A DNA stretch of 64,000 nucleotides. Origin: Octopus sinensis. Lineage: Eukaryota. How positions within the stretch are numbered: the stretch's first letter is position 1; each line of letters begins with the position of its first letter. A program made the translations under genes and the position numbers. Positions 26,601-39,956 of this stretch are shown here, one piece after another. The notes under the pieces were generated by a model, which was not told where the DNA came from, did not search any database, and saw nothing but the letters and a program-made list of their open reading frames with translations. The DNA is taken from the NCBI RefSeq assembly GCF_006345805.1, contig NC_043002.1, forward strand, positions 4,774,001 to 4,838,000, given 5' to 3'.

Positions 26601-28371
26601 TCCAAGGCTCAGTTGGCCCAAAGGCTAAAGGAGAAAACACTTTCCCAAAGTACCTATTTCTTTACTACCCACAGGGGGCTAAACACAGAGGGGACAAACA
26701 AGGACAGACAAAGGGATTAAGTCGATTATATCAACCCCATGCGCAACTGGTACTTAATTTATTGACCCCAAAAAGATGAAAGGCAAAGTCGACCTTGGCG
26801 GAATTTGAACTCAGAACATAGCAGCAGACGAAATACCTATTTCTTTACTACCCACAGGGGGCTAAACACAGAGGGGACAAACAAGGACAGACATAGGTAT
26901 TAAGTCGATTATATCGACCCCAGTGCGTAAATGGTACTTAATTTATCAACCCCGAAAGGATGAAAGGCAAAGTTGACCTCGGCGGAATTTGAACTCAGAA
27001 CGTAACGGCAGATGAAATACTGCTAAGCATTTCACCCAGCATGCTAACGTTTCTGCCAGCTCGCCGCCCTTTTATGGTACTTTCCCAAAGTACCATTCAG
27101 TGAAATAGAAGTCAAGACTACAAGTAACAAAGTAAACTCCAGATCCACACAGCTGAAACAGAAAAAGAGAAGAACACATTGACTGATGTAGTCCTAGATA
27201 TAATGTCCGAAGCTGTAAGACAGGATGGTCATGACCAAGATCATCTTATCACCTTCAATCAAAGCCCTGCTCGATCTTACACACACACACAGAAAAGACT
27301 TATAGACAACAAGCCTAAGGAATCTAGCATTGTCAGGTGATAGCAAAAAAAAAAAGAAAAAGATGCAGAAAACAAAGTTGGGTTTCAAATCCCAGGTTGC
27401 CAAGTGAGAATTCATGTTGTTTAGCTATCCAGTTTCAGTGACTTGGAAGACACTGGCTCTGTCATAGAAATATCCTGCTGAGCCAATCATTTAACGAGCT
27501 AAGCTCCTGGATTAACATGGCAAACTACTATTAGCGTTTGCCATTTGCGAGGAGATGGGGGAGGGAGAGGGGTTTTTTTAAGGCTTCAAGTGTCACAGCA
27601 AATGGGAAAGCCTCAAAAATAAATAAATAAGTATGAAGTTATGTATGAAGAAGATACATTTAATGAAGATATTTCTATTTGTGTGTGTCTGTGTGTGTAG
27701 GCATCTATAAGTGTAAATTTGTGTGTGTGTGTGTGTGTATGAACGTGCACGTGTGTTTACATATTCTTTTATTCGATTCAAGTCATTTGACTGTGGCCAT
27801 GCCGGAGCACTGCCTTCAGTCAAACAAATCAACCCCAGGACATATTCTTTGTAAGCTTAGTACTTATTCTATTGGTCTCTTTAGCCAAACCGCTAAGTTA
27901 CGAGAATGTAAACACACCATCACTGGTTGTCAAGCAATGGTGTGGGGAACAAAAACAGACACACAAATACACACACACACATATATATATATATGCATAT
28001 ATATATACGACAGGCTTCTTTCAGTTTCCGTCTAGCAAATCCACTCACAAGACTTGCTCAGCTTGAGGCTATAGTAGAAGACACTTGCCTAAGGTGCTAC
28101 ACAGTGGGACTGAACCTGGAACCATGTGGCTGGGATGCAAGCTTCTTACCACACAGCCACGCCTGCGACATATACATATATATATATATATATATATTTA
28201 AATAATGAGAATTTAATTAATATCAATTGAAAAACAGTAGCCTATCATATAAAAAATCTGAAAAATCAGAAAAAATTTCAATACATGTGTATATTTAGGG
28301 CTAAAAAAGATTGTATGTGATCTTCTTCTAGCATATGGCTATCCACCTAGTGGATTTTTTTAGCCCTAAAT

Positions 28372-28417
<46 letters not shown>

Positions 28418-29739
28418 TATGCATATAAAGAAGATAAGTTTAATGAAAATGTATCCCACTAGTCCTCTTTCCCTCTGCATGTGTGTGCTCCAGTATGGCC
28501 ACAGCCTTTGGGCAGAAATGTATAAAAGAATAAAAGAATATATATATATATATATATTCTTGTATTCTTTTATACATTTCAGAGAAGAAAAATAAAAACA
28601 AAAAAGAGAAGAAAGTGAAGAGGAAATTGGAGAAAAGAAGGATTTCAAAAGAAAACATCATGATGATGATAACTATGATGGTGGTGATGGTAGTAATAAT
28701 AATGGTGGTGGTGGTGGTGGTGACACTGTTGGTGGTGATGATAGAAGTGATGATTGTAGTGGTGGTGGAGATAGTAACAATGCTGCTGCTGATGATGATG
28801 ACTATGATAATGGTTATGATAATTATGATGGTGGTGATGATGATGGTGGTTATGGTAATGATACTAGTGATGATAAACAAACTGAGTGCAGCACAGTGGG
28901 TGTAAGAGTGATTAAGGAGTGGGGGTGGTTGTGTTTAGGGGATGGTGGAGGTGGTCTGAAATTGCTTATTAAGGAACAATAAATAAACTATAATTAAAAG
29001 GAACAGCTTTTGCACTCAAAAAGTCTGAAGTTCTTAGAGAGATTATGTCTGGAGAATAGCATGGATTGTTAGCAAGGAGAAGGTATAGTAAAAGGGAGGG
29101 GGAAAGCAGTATCAGGTTTTAATTTGGAAACTGGACCTGCACATATGAATGTATATGGCTGTGTGGTTAAGAGGTTTGATTTGAGCCATGTAGTTCCAAG
29201 TTCAAAACCCAGTGTGCAGATCTTGGACAAATGTGCTGTACCCATAGCTCCTAGTTGAGTAATGCTTTGCAAGGGAAATCTGATTGATAGGAACTGTTTG
29301 CAACCCCACTTTCTATTTTTATGTAGCTAACTTTTATCATTTATTTGTTTCAGTCATTGGACTATGGTCATGCTGGGGCACTACCTTCAAGGATTTAGTC
29401 AAACAAATTGACTCCCAGTACATAGTATTTTTTTCGTAAGCCTACCACTTATTCAATCTGTTTCAACATCAAAACACTGATGGTGAAATGCGTATGTTCT
29501 ATAAAGCATTGAATACCATATCTATTTTTTATATTTTATTTCTATTATTTGGCTCCTAGTAGATGCCCTGAATCGTCGTCATCATTCTCATCATTTAACA
29601 TCTGTTTTCCACGCTGGCATGGGTTGGACAGTTTGACAGGAGCTAACTAGCTGAAGGACTTTCCAGGCTCCCTATCTGTTTTGGCATGGTTTCTACAGCT
29701 GGATGCCCTTCCTAATATCAAACATACTACAAACTACAA

Positions 29740-30261
29740 GTTAGTTAGTTAGTTAGCCTCTTCTCCTTATCTCCTCAAAGACATACAGCATCTCGAAAGA
29801 GTCCAGAAGCTGGCTACCCGCATGGTTCTTGGTCTCAAGCATTTGTCTTATGAAGAAAGGCTGAAGACGCTCGACCTTTATTCTCTAGAAAAACGCCGCC
29901 GCCGTGGTGATCTCATTCTTGCTCACAACATCATAAGCGGAAAGTGTAACCTCTCAAAAGAGCTGTTCTTCACTCCTGCTCCAGAGCATCGGCTGCGGGG
30001 TCACTCCGAAAAGCTCTATCTGTGACGATTTCATCTCAATCGAAGGAGAGGGGCTTTCTCCGTCTGGGTTGCGGATCCATGGAATAAGCTGCCGGACGAG
30101 ATAGTGAAGATGCCGACGACCGCTCAGTTCAAAGTCTCCCTTGACCACAAATGGCCTGAACTCTTTACATGAACACCACCCTGTACATAACTCCATGTCT
30201 CCCTACATGGCCTTGCTTTTTGCTTTTTGAGCCAAAAAATTAACTAACTATCTAACTAACT
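29740..30261 (+). mobile_element. 5'-truncated CR1-like LINE with (TAAC)n tail and 9-bp TSD
   Basis: SPYLLKDIQHLERVQKLATRMVLGLKHLSYEERLKTLDLYSLEKRRRRGDLI is a CR1 ORF2 C-terminus; AAACTACAA duplicated at 29731-39 and 30262-70. Confidence 0.88.
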
Positions 30262-30350
30262 AAACTACAAATATTGACATGGAGTGTGGAATACTCTATT
30301 GAGCCCAATCTTTGGTTAAGAGCTGTGCTTCACAGAGCCATTTTATGATA

Positions 30351-30397
<47 letters not shown>

Positions 30398-30485
30398 ACG
30401 TGATGGTTTTTGTTAAGCAGTACTGATTCTTACAGTTCTGCTGTTTCCTTTCTCAAGTCCTTTGTAAAAACTTTGTTTATACTTC

Positions 30486-30594
30486 TTGCACTGAGTGATA
30501 TATAATTTAATTCAATTTAATTTAATTTAATTAATTCTATTCAACCATGAACTTGCATGATTTTTTATATCTCTTTACGAAACAATCGTCTGCA
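30486..30594 (+). pseudogene. Decayed copy of the HH1-family hammerhead
   Basis: TTCTTGCA-CTGAG(core partly deleted)...TTTAC-GAAACAATCGTC-TGCA; flanks homologous to 6070-6260. Confidence 0.5.
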
Positions 30595-33500
30595 TTAATT
30601 AAAACTCTCTCATTCATTTCAACATCTTCTCTTCTCAATTTTTAACAAAATTGTTCACTTTTTATGTGATTTCTTTCCATAAATTCACAACACACACACA
30701 CACAAATATTATATATGTATATATATATGTGTGTGTGTGTGTGTATATATATATGTGTGTGTGTGTGTGTGTATATATATATCTGTGTGTGTGTGCATAT
30801 ACATATATGTCATGAGAATTTAGTAACTTCATGAGAACATGAAATTATGTTAAGTTTTTTTTTAATTGGAGAACTCAAAGTGGATAAAGCTATAAAAAAT
30901 AGTATGTAAATACTGGGTTAAAATCACTTTTGGGGAGAAAAAGTCAAAGGCTGCTGCCATGCAGTCTCCGCTTTGAATAAATGATGTATATAAATCATCA
31001 TCATCATCATCTTCATCATTGTTGTTGCTTTACCCTCTACTTTCCCATATTTGCATGGGTCAAATGAAAATTTCTGAAGCACACACTCTATAGCTGCATG
31101 CCTTTCCTGTTGCCAACTCTCACCTGCTTTCAAGCATGGTATTATTTCCCCATAACTAGACCAGTTTTTCTCCGAAGACTTGAAAGGAGCATCACTTGTA
31201 TGATGGTGATGTTTATTTTCAATCATCACATGTTGTCAAGAGTACACACATCATCATCATCACGTTTGTATATATATATAATATATATAATCATCATCAT
31301 CATCGTTTAACATCCGTTTTCCATGCTAGCACGGGTTGGACGGTTTGACTGGGATCTGGGAAGCCAGAAGGCTGCACCAGGCCCATTCTGATCTGGCAGT
31401 GTTTCTACAGCTGGATGCCCTTCCTAACGCCAACCACTCCGTGAGTGTAGTGGGTGCTTTTTACGTGCCACCAGCACAGGTGCCAGGGGAGGCTGGCAAC
31501 AGTCACAATCAGTTGGTGCTTTTTACATTCCACTGGCACAGGAGCCAGTCAAGGTGGCACTGGCATCGGCCATGTTCGAATGGTGCTTTTTACGTGCCAC
31601 CGGCAGAGGTATCACAATTAAAATTTCCATTTGATATTTATTTTGATGTTGATGTACTTGACTCAATAGGTCTCCTCAAGCACAGCAGGTCATGTGCCAT
31701 TTTAAAGCCAGGTACTTATTCCATTGGTCTCTTTTGCCAAACTGCTAAGTTACAGGAATGTAAACTCATCAACACTAGTTATCAAGCAGTGGTGGGAGAC
31801 AAACACTGACACAGACACATAATGGGCTTCTTTCAGTTTCCATCTAGCAAATCCACACACAAGGCTTTAGTCAGCCCAAGGCTATAGTAGAAGATATTTA
31901 CCCAAGGTGACATGCAGTGGGACTGAACCATGAACCATACGGCTGGGAACCAAACTTCTTACCACACACCCATGCTTGTGCCTCCTCCTCATTGTGTGTG
32001 TGTGTATACACGTCCATACACATCCATAAACACACACACACACACACACACACAGCATTCCGACAGCTAACCACACCATCCAGTCACTGTAAGACTATAT
32101 TACTGCCAACTGCCATGTGACATTAGCTGACAGCAAGGCAAGTAACATGAACTAGCTAGGGAGGTGGGGGTGGAAGAGTGAGGGTGGGAGGCAGTTCTTG
32201 TAAATACCTAACACCTCTAGTCACAACACCACCCCCCCAACACACAAAAAAACTTATCCTCCACCAATACCAACACCAACCGAATCAATATGCCCCAACA
32301 TTCAACCTTCTCCACATCCACCCCCACCTATTTGTTCCTTCTTTTTTCCTTTCTAAAATGGTAAGATGTAATTCGATAGAGATATGACTGCTATTTCTAG
32401 CAGGCCAAGCAACCACGTAGTGGTTCCTACATTGACTTGGTGTAAAAAAAAAAAACAAGTGTAATGTTGCTGCTGCTACAGTTGTTTAGGTCAGCCAGAT
32501 CAGCCTCAATCAAGTAGATTTATAAGCAAAAGCAATTCAGCCATGACCACCCCATCTATGTTGTGCATCAAAGAGTATATTGTTCAGCAAATCCTTTATT
32601 TAAACTTGTAGGGTGTGACTGGAAGGGGAGATCTGGCTGCCATTTCTAGCAGGTTGAGGGGATTACAGAGTGATTTTCTTAACTAGAGTATTGTAGTGTG
32701 GAAATGAAATGTTGTTTAGCCCTGAGCCAATCCAGATCAAAACATTCCAGTCATGACCGTCACCTCTTTTTGTATATCGGACACTACACTGTCCAATATA
32801 TTCTTCTTTATTTAAGATAACATGGCAGGAGCTGAGGAAAATATGGCTGCTATTTCTAGTGGATCAAGCAACTGCATAGCACTTCCCTTGTTGGTTCTAT
32901 ATAGAGAAGACATAAAAATCATCATTGGTGGCATGTGTAAAAGATTTGAGGGAGGTTGTTGCCAGTACTGCCTGACTGGCTCCATGCCGATGGCACATAA
33001 AAGCACCCACTACACTCTTGAAGTGGTTGGCGTTAGGAAGGGCATCCAGCTGTAGAAACTCTGCCAGATCAAGATTGAAGCCTGGTGCGGCCATCTGGTT
33101 CGCCAGCCCTCAGTCATTCGTCCAACCCATGCTAGCATGGAAAGCGGACGTTAAACGATGATGATGATGATGATTATTTTAATTTCTATGCTTCCATGAA
33201 TCAGATGGAATTTATTGAGGCAGATTTCCTACAGCCAGATGCTCTTCCTGTTGCTAACCCTCACCCATTTTCAAGCAAGTTGTTTATTCCTCATCGCTAA
33301 AACATGCACTGAAAACTGGAAATGGACAACAACACTTTTATGATGGTGACATGTTTAACCCTTTAGAATTCATATTACTCTGTTAAATGCAATACTTTTT
33401 CACTCTCCATTACAGGAACTTTTAGTTTCCAAAGAGCCATCCGTACTCAAAAACACCTGTCCTCCACAACAGAAGTGTTAAGGCCACATCCCCTGGTGAA

Positions 33501-34528
33501 GAGGATTGGCCTGCAAGCATCCTCTACCAGTGCCATGTAAAAGTGCTCACGATGGTGGCACACTAAAAGCACCCAGTACACACTATAAAGTGGTTAGCGT
33601 TAGAAAGGGCATCCACCCATAGAAACTAAGCCAAATCAGGCTGGACCCTAGTGCAACTTGCCAGCTCTGATCAAACTGTCCAACCCATGCCAGCATGGAA
33701 AGCAGACATTAAAGAAAAATGATTATGATTTTTGTTTACCATGTCGCCTTTCATTTCTGTATCTACCTAGCTCCGACACTAAAGTTACAAGACACTAATC
33801 TGTTTTAATACTAATGAAATTATTGTATACAGTGCTCAGGTGCACCACAACTTGTCAGAGAATGCGTATAAAGTATATGCAGTAATGTACAAATGTCTGG
33901 AAAGCGAACAATGTATGAGTCAGATACATGCTTGCGTGTGCAAGGAGGGGAGAAAATCAGGTGTAGTGTTGGTGAATCTCAGGAAGCATGGAAGTTTTGA
34001 AGGATGCAGTGCTCCGACAACTAACAACTGACGCCGGCAGTTTGTTCCATGCTTCAGCAACTCTTAGCTTGAAAAAATGCTCCCAAAAGTCATATTAGGA
34101 GCTATGCTGTTTTCTGACTTTCATGGGAGCTGTGCTGTTTTCTGACTTTTGTCTCTACATGTTAGAAATAACAGCCAAATTACCCTCACAATATACCCTT
34201 CCCATCCTAAATAAGGAAAACACATATTGCTACAAAAGTCTCAGCTGGAATGACTGATCACAAGTCTAGACTTGATCAAGGTTAACCTTCAACAGAACAA
34301 CAGCAATTATTTTATTCACCAAGTGGGCTCTAAGCGCAAAATATAAAGTCTGTTTGGCAGAAAAGAATCAAAGAAGATTCAAAACTAGTTAGGTAGATTC
34401 ATTTTTTTTTCTGTCCAGAGAAAGGAAAAAGAAGATATTTCTTTACATTTGTCAGAATAAATTAAAATTGTTTTGTGAAAAAATAAAGTTTACTTTCACC
34501 ACACTCCTACAAATAATATGTAACTTAC

Positions 34529-34631
34529 AAAGACATTTGGTAAGAAAAGGACTCCAATTTCGTATGAACGTATCATGACCTGTGATCCATCCTTCTCCAG
34601 TACACCCCAAGCTGCTTTGGACAAATTAGCA
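34529..34631 (-). CDS. TDP1: TDP1 exon L: [34 protein letters not shown]
   Basis: 103 nt; acceptor ctcttttgcAG, donor GTAAGT; hallmark [10 protein letters not shown] and IRSYE.GVL motifs. Confidence 0.97.
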
Positions 34632-37109
34632 CTGCAAAAGAGTAGAATATAAATATCAATAGAATCTGAGAGAGAGAGAGAGAGAGAGAGAGTAGACTTT
34701 TGAAGACATACAAACACACAAGCATTTCTAAGTATCATACTTGTAATAAGCCATCAAAATATTTTACAAGGCATGTAGATCAGTACTTTTTTCTTTTGCT
34801 TTTTCTTTACCAATTAGTCAGGAAGGGAAAGACAGTGCCTATGACTCAATGCTTTATTTTTTTAGGGACTCCAAGACTAATAGGAAGGGAGGCGGTTGTC
34901 CTCAAACTGGGGGTCTGACTTGGATGCTTGGAATAGAATGAACCCTGATAAGGACACACAAGGATCAGATGGTGGTGCTAAACTGGGCAACAGATTAAGT
35001 CTGCAAGCCAAGAACTCCAAACATAAAGAGGAGAACAAATGCTGATAATCTAACAATTCTGCTGATCCACCACCATAGTCTAGTCGTTTGTCATTGATCC
35101 TGTAAAAATGGAAGACAAAGTTGACGTTGGTGGGATTTGAACTCAGAAACCAGAGAGCCAGAACAAATACTGCAAGGCATTTCAGCCAACACTCTAATGA
35201 TTTAGCCATTTCACCACCTGCTTTGAATGAGGAAGCTTCTACGCAGTTACTCAACCTACTAGAAACAGCAGTAAAATCTCCTTCAAATCACACTCTACTG
35301 TCTGAAAAAGCGAAAAGGATAATTTACGTAATATAATCCAAGATCTACAAAATAGATCACATGGCCAAAGTTGGAATGCTTTTGGTTACAGGTATCTGCT
35401 TAATGAGGACTGGCCTGGAGTTGAACAACAACAACTATTACAATGGTTATGAGGGTTATAGAGTGAACAACCAACCAATCATGTGGTAGACGTGAGATAG
35501 TCAAATAGATAAGGTACTGAGTTCAAATCCATTGCAGTTGTTTCATTTTGTTTTTGGACAGTACCTTCATTTCTATGAGCTTCATTTCACTTCACTTTAA
35601 CAGTCAGGAAATGTCACTCAAAATAGTCAAATATCTCAGCTGAGAGAAGATTTATTTCATCTGCTTAACACCATAAAACTAAAAGAAAGAACCAGCTTTT
35701 AGACACTCACCCACTCAGCACTAATCGTTATCATCATCAGTGCCACTGGTCTGACTCCTGTGCAGGTGGCACATAAAAGTATACCATTTGAGCATGGCTG
35801 TTGCCAGTACCACCTGACTGACCCCCGTGCCGGTGGAACACGTAAAAGCACCCACTACACTCTCGGAGTGGGTGGCATTAGGAAGGGCATCCAGCTGTAG
35901 AAACACTGCCAGATCAGATTGGAGCCTGGTGCAGCCATCTGGTTCACCAGTCCTCTGTCAAATCATCCAACCCATGCTAGCATGGAAAGCGGATGTTAAA
36001 CGATGATGATGATGATGATGATGATATATATCATCATCATCGTTTAACGTTTGCTTTCCATGCTAACATGGGTTGGACGATTTTGACTGAGGGCTGGCGA
36101 ACCAGATGGCTGCACCAGGCTCCAATCTGATCTGGCAGTGTTTCTACAGCTGGATGCCCTTCCTACACACACACACACATTGAAGGTACACATGTCTGTA
36201 GAGTGCTCTGCCACTTGCACATTAATTTTATGAGCAAGCTGTCCCATCAACAGGATCAACAGGAATACTCGTCAAAACCAACAGAGTATCATTTTATAAA
36301 TATATAGACATACAGACAGACAGATAGATATATGTGTGAGTGTGTGTGTGTGTGTGTGCGAGTCCATCCTTGGATAAGATGAATAATGCTACTTGCTTCA
36401 GACAGGCCTGACAAACTGTTTGACAGTTTACCTCAGAAGTAAGCAAATGTACAAAGAGTCTGAAGAAAAGGAGAGTGAGGAACCACGAAAGATAAGCAAA
36501 TATCAGCTGAAGCAACTTCAGTCCATATGCCATTACCAGTGAACTATCTTCTAGAAAAGTCTAAAACACTTAATACTTGTTATCTGAAACTGACTGAAAA
36601 GCATCGTAATTAGAATTACTTTGACACTGGAAGAATTTCATTGATGGCTTTTTTTATCATTTATTCAAAAGAGGGAGAGCATTGCTCTCTTTTTCTGAGG
36701 CTCTGAGAGTGATAAGAGGAAGGACATTATCCTCAAACTGGATAAAAGAACTAAAAGTACCCAGTACACTTTATGGAATGGTTGGCATTAGGAAGGGCAA
36801 CAAGCAGTAGAAATTATACCAAATCAGACTAGAATCTCTCGCTTAGCAGTTCTACTCAAGCAGACACTAAATAATGATGATTGCTTAGACACAAGATCTC
36901 ATTTGATCTCAAGAGCATAGAATATAGTTGATTTTATTGACTCCCAGAATTTGACTGTTTTTCATTTCAGGGGCTTCAGGCGAATGAAAGGCAATAAGTT
37001 TGGTGATTTGAACACAGAACATAAAAGGTCATAACTAAACAACAAATACTAACAAATAATAAACTGCAAAGTATTTCATCTGGTACTATATTCTCTTCTG
37101 GATACTCAC

Positions 37110-37217
37110 CTTGTAACCATAAACCAGGAGGCGAGAGAATAGTCCGGAGATGGTCGCATGTATGTTTTTATGTGGGGACAAGCTCTGGTGCGACCACGGC
37201 CTTCAGATTTCCACTGA
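37110..37217 (-). CDS. TDP1: TDP1 exon K: [35 protein letters not shown](S), second HxK motif
   Basis: 108 nt; acceptor ttttatttcAG, donor GTGAGT; PHIKTY is the His493-equivalent general acid motif. Confidence 0.97.
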
Positions 37218-38274
37218 CTGAAATAAAAGAGAGAAAGTGAGAGAAAGAGAGAAAGACACAAAGGAGAATCATCATCGTTTAACGTCTGCTTTCCATGCTA
37301 GCATGGGTTGGACGAGAATGTCTGGTGGATAAGAATGTTGAAACCTCTGAGATGTATGCAAGATTATGCAAGTTCAATTCTAAGCCAAGGCAGTACATAA
37401 TGCCATTAAAAATCTTAGAATATGAAAAAAAAGGCAACAAGAGAGCCTCTATATGGATACTCAACTTGCTAGAAATAACAGTCAAATCACACTCAAGTGA
37501 TACTCAGCCATCTACTATAAATGTAGAGGTATGTTGAGTAATGCTGAATAAAAGACATGATGGCCATAGATGGAAGGCTTGTATCAATAAGTTTGCACAG
37601 TCAGTGCTGAATTGGGTCCAATACACACTGCATGAGGATTTGATAAGCATCTGAGATTCACTATGACTAAATAAAAGATATGATGGTCACAGAGGGAGGG
37701 CTTGTGACCAGAGGTTTGCACCAGCAGTGCTGAGTTGAAGCTAATACAAACCTGCAACAGAATTTTAAAGCACTGACCGATCGTGGCCATTTGCCAGCCT
37801 CCTCTGGACCATGTGACGGTGGCACGTAAAAAGCACCCACTACACTCACGGAGTGGTTGGTGTTAGGAAGGGCATCCAGCCATAGAAACACTGCCAGATC
37901 AGACTGGAGCCTGGCGCAGCCTCTTGGCTTCCCAGACCCCGGTCGAACAGTCCAACCCATGCTAGCATGGAGAACAGTTGTTAAACGATGATGATGATGA
38001 ATTGAAATGGGATGGAAACTGATACGTAATATGATTGTTTCAGCAAATAATTCCACCCAATTCTAAATTGACAGGAAGTCCTACAACATGTTTCTTCACA
38101 AATGAGCAGTTGACAGTAGGCAGGACCCCTAGAAGTAAAAAGATTACTGATCTCACAAAATACAAATATCCAAATTAACAGAAGCTATCCCAATAATGTG
38201 AACATGGAAGAATATTATGAACAAATAGTGAAAAAGATTTTAAGAAATAAAAATTTAAAAAATAAAGAACTTAC

Positions 38275-38390
38275 TGTAAGAATTTCAACAAGTACGGCTG
38301 TTTGGAAGCTGTTTGTATACTATATGGAAGACAGGTGCCAGCTGGGTAGCCTTCAAGACTGATCCGAACATTTTCCACACTAGGGAAGAT
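38275..38390 (-). CDS. TDP1: TDP1 exon J: [38 protein letters not shown](H)
   Basis: 116 nt; acceptor tttttcttcAG, donor GTAAGT; similar to human [28 protein letters not shown]. Confidence 0.97.
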
Positions 38391-38899
38391 CTGAAGAAAA
38401 ACACACATATAAGTATCATCATCATCAATAACATACATTTTCCATGCTGGTATGAGTTGGACAGTTGGACAGGAACAGCAAGCCAGAGGACTGTACCAAA
38501 GTCTGGCATCTACCTTGCCATGGTTTCCATGGCTGGATGCCCTTCCTAATGCCAACCACTTTACAGAGAGTACCTGGTGCTTTCCATGTGGCACCAGTAC
38601 TGGCAGCATCATCACTAAGTAATTTGCAAGATTAAGAACCCCTCAACTGGGACGGGGAGTTGTATTGAGGGAGGTGGCTTTTTGCCAGGTGATGAAAAAT
38701 TAACCCTTTAGCATTTAAACTGACCATATCCAGCCCAAATATTATTCAACCTGTTTTACATTCAAACCAGACAGCTCTGGACTTTTACACCTACCCTACA
38801 ATGTCATTCTAAAAATATACAATCACATGATCAAAATCTTGATGCTACAAGATAATGAATGGTAAATTTAAAACACAATGGGAATAGAAAAGCATTTGC

Positions 38900-39080
38900 A
38901 TCAAGAGGTGCCAGTCTCTAATTGTGGAGGGGACATATAGAAGGAGTAGACCCAGGAAGACATGGGACGAAGTGGTGAGATAGGATCTTCAGACATTGGG
39001 CATCACAGAGGCGATGACAAGGAACTGAGACACCTGGCAGTTTGCTGTGCTTGAGAATAGAAGGTCAAACTAAGTAAAAT
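38900..39080 (+). mobile_element. RTE-clade LINE 3' fragment
   Basis: VEGTYRRSRPRKTWDEVVR*DLQTLGITEAMT. Confidence 0.7.
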
Positions 39081-39925
39081 CATAGTTGTCCTTGCAGACA
39101 GGTATGGCCCCTTGAATCCTTCTCCTGCTGAGTGTTCCTAATCTTGCAGGCTCATGGGTGCTGATGCCACGTAAAGTGCACTTGTGCCAGTGTCACATAA
39201 AAGCACCCAGGTCAGTGCTGCGTAAAAGCACCTGGTACACTCTGTGAAGTGATTGGCATTAGGAAAGCCATCAAGCTGTAAAGACCATGCCAAAACAGAC
39301 ATGGAGTCTGGGCAGCACTTCGGCTGGTCAGTTCTTGTCAAACCGTCCAACCCATGCCAGCATGGAAGACAGATGTTAGATGTTTGATGATGATGATTTA
39401 CCAAAGTATTATGAATGCTAATGGGTTTGAGTATGATAGGAAGACAGGGACATGTATCTTGCTGCAGAGGAGATACATGGCTATCCCAGTAGGTAAAAAG
39501 AGATGGTGGTGAAGATGCACCAGAGGACAGTTTCAAATCACAGGAAGGTGAAGATAAGAGAAGTGGTACAGAGAATTGGACAGGGAAAGTGGGAAGGTTA
39601 GTAAATTGATGAGAGTATATACAGAACACACGTTATACTTACATATACGAACGTCCATACATACATATATATGCAGGTATGTACAAGACCAGTCCAAATT
39701 GCCCGCCAACCACCTCACAAGCGAGATAAATAAGGGTATCTATCAGATACCCTTATTTATAGTTTTAAATAATCATTACCTTTGTATGGTATTTATTCCC
39801 ATGCTGGCCACTTGATAAGATCGATATTTAAATATCGATATTATCCTTATTTATAAATTTATATATATATGTACATATACATTTATACACATACTTACAG
39901 ATAAATATAAATTCTACTTATATAT

Positions 39926-39956
<31 letters not shown>

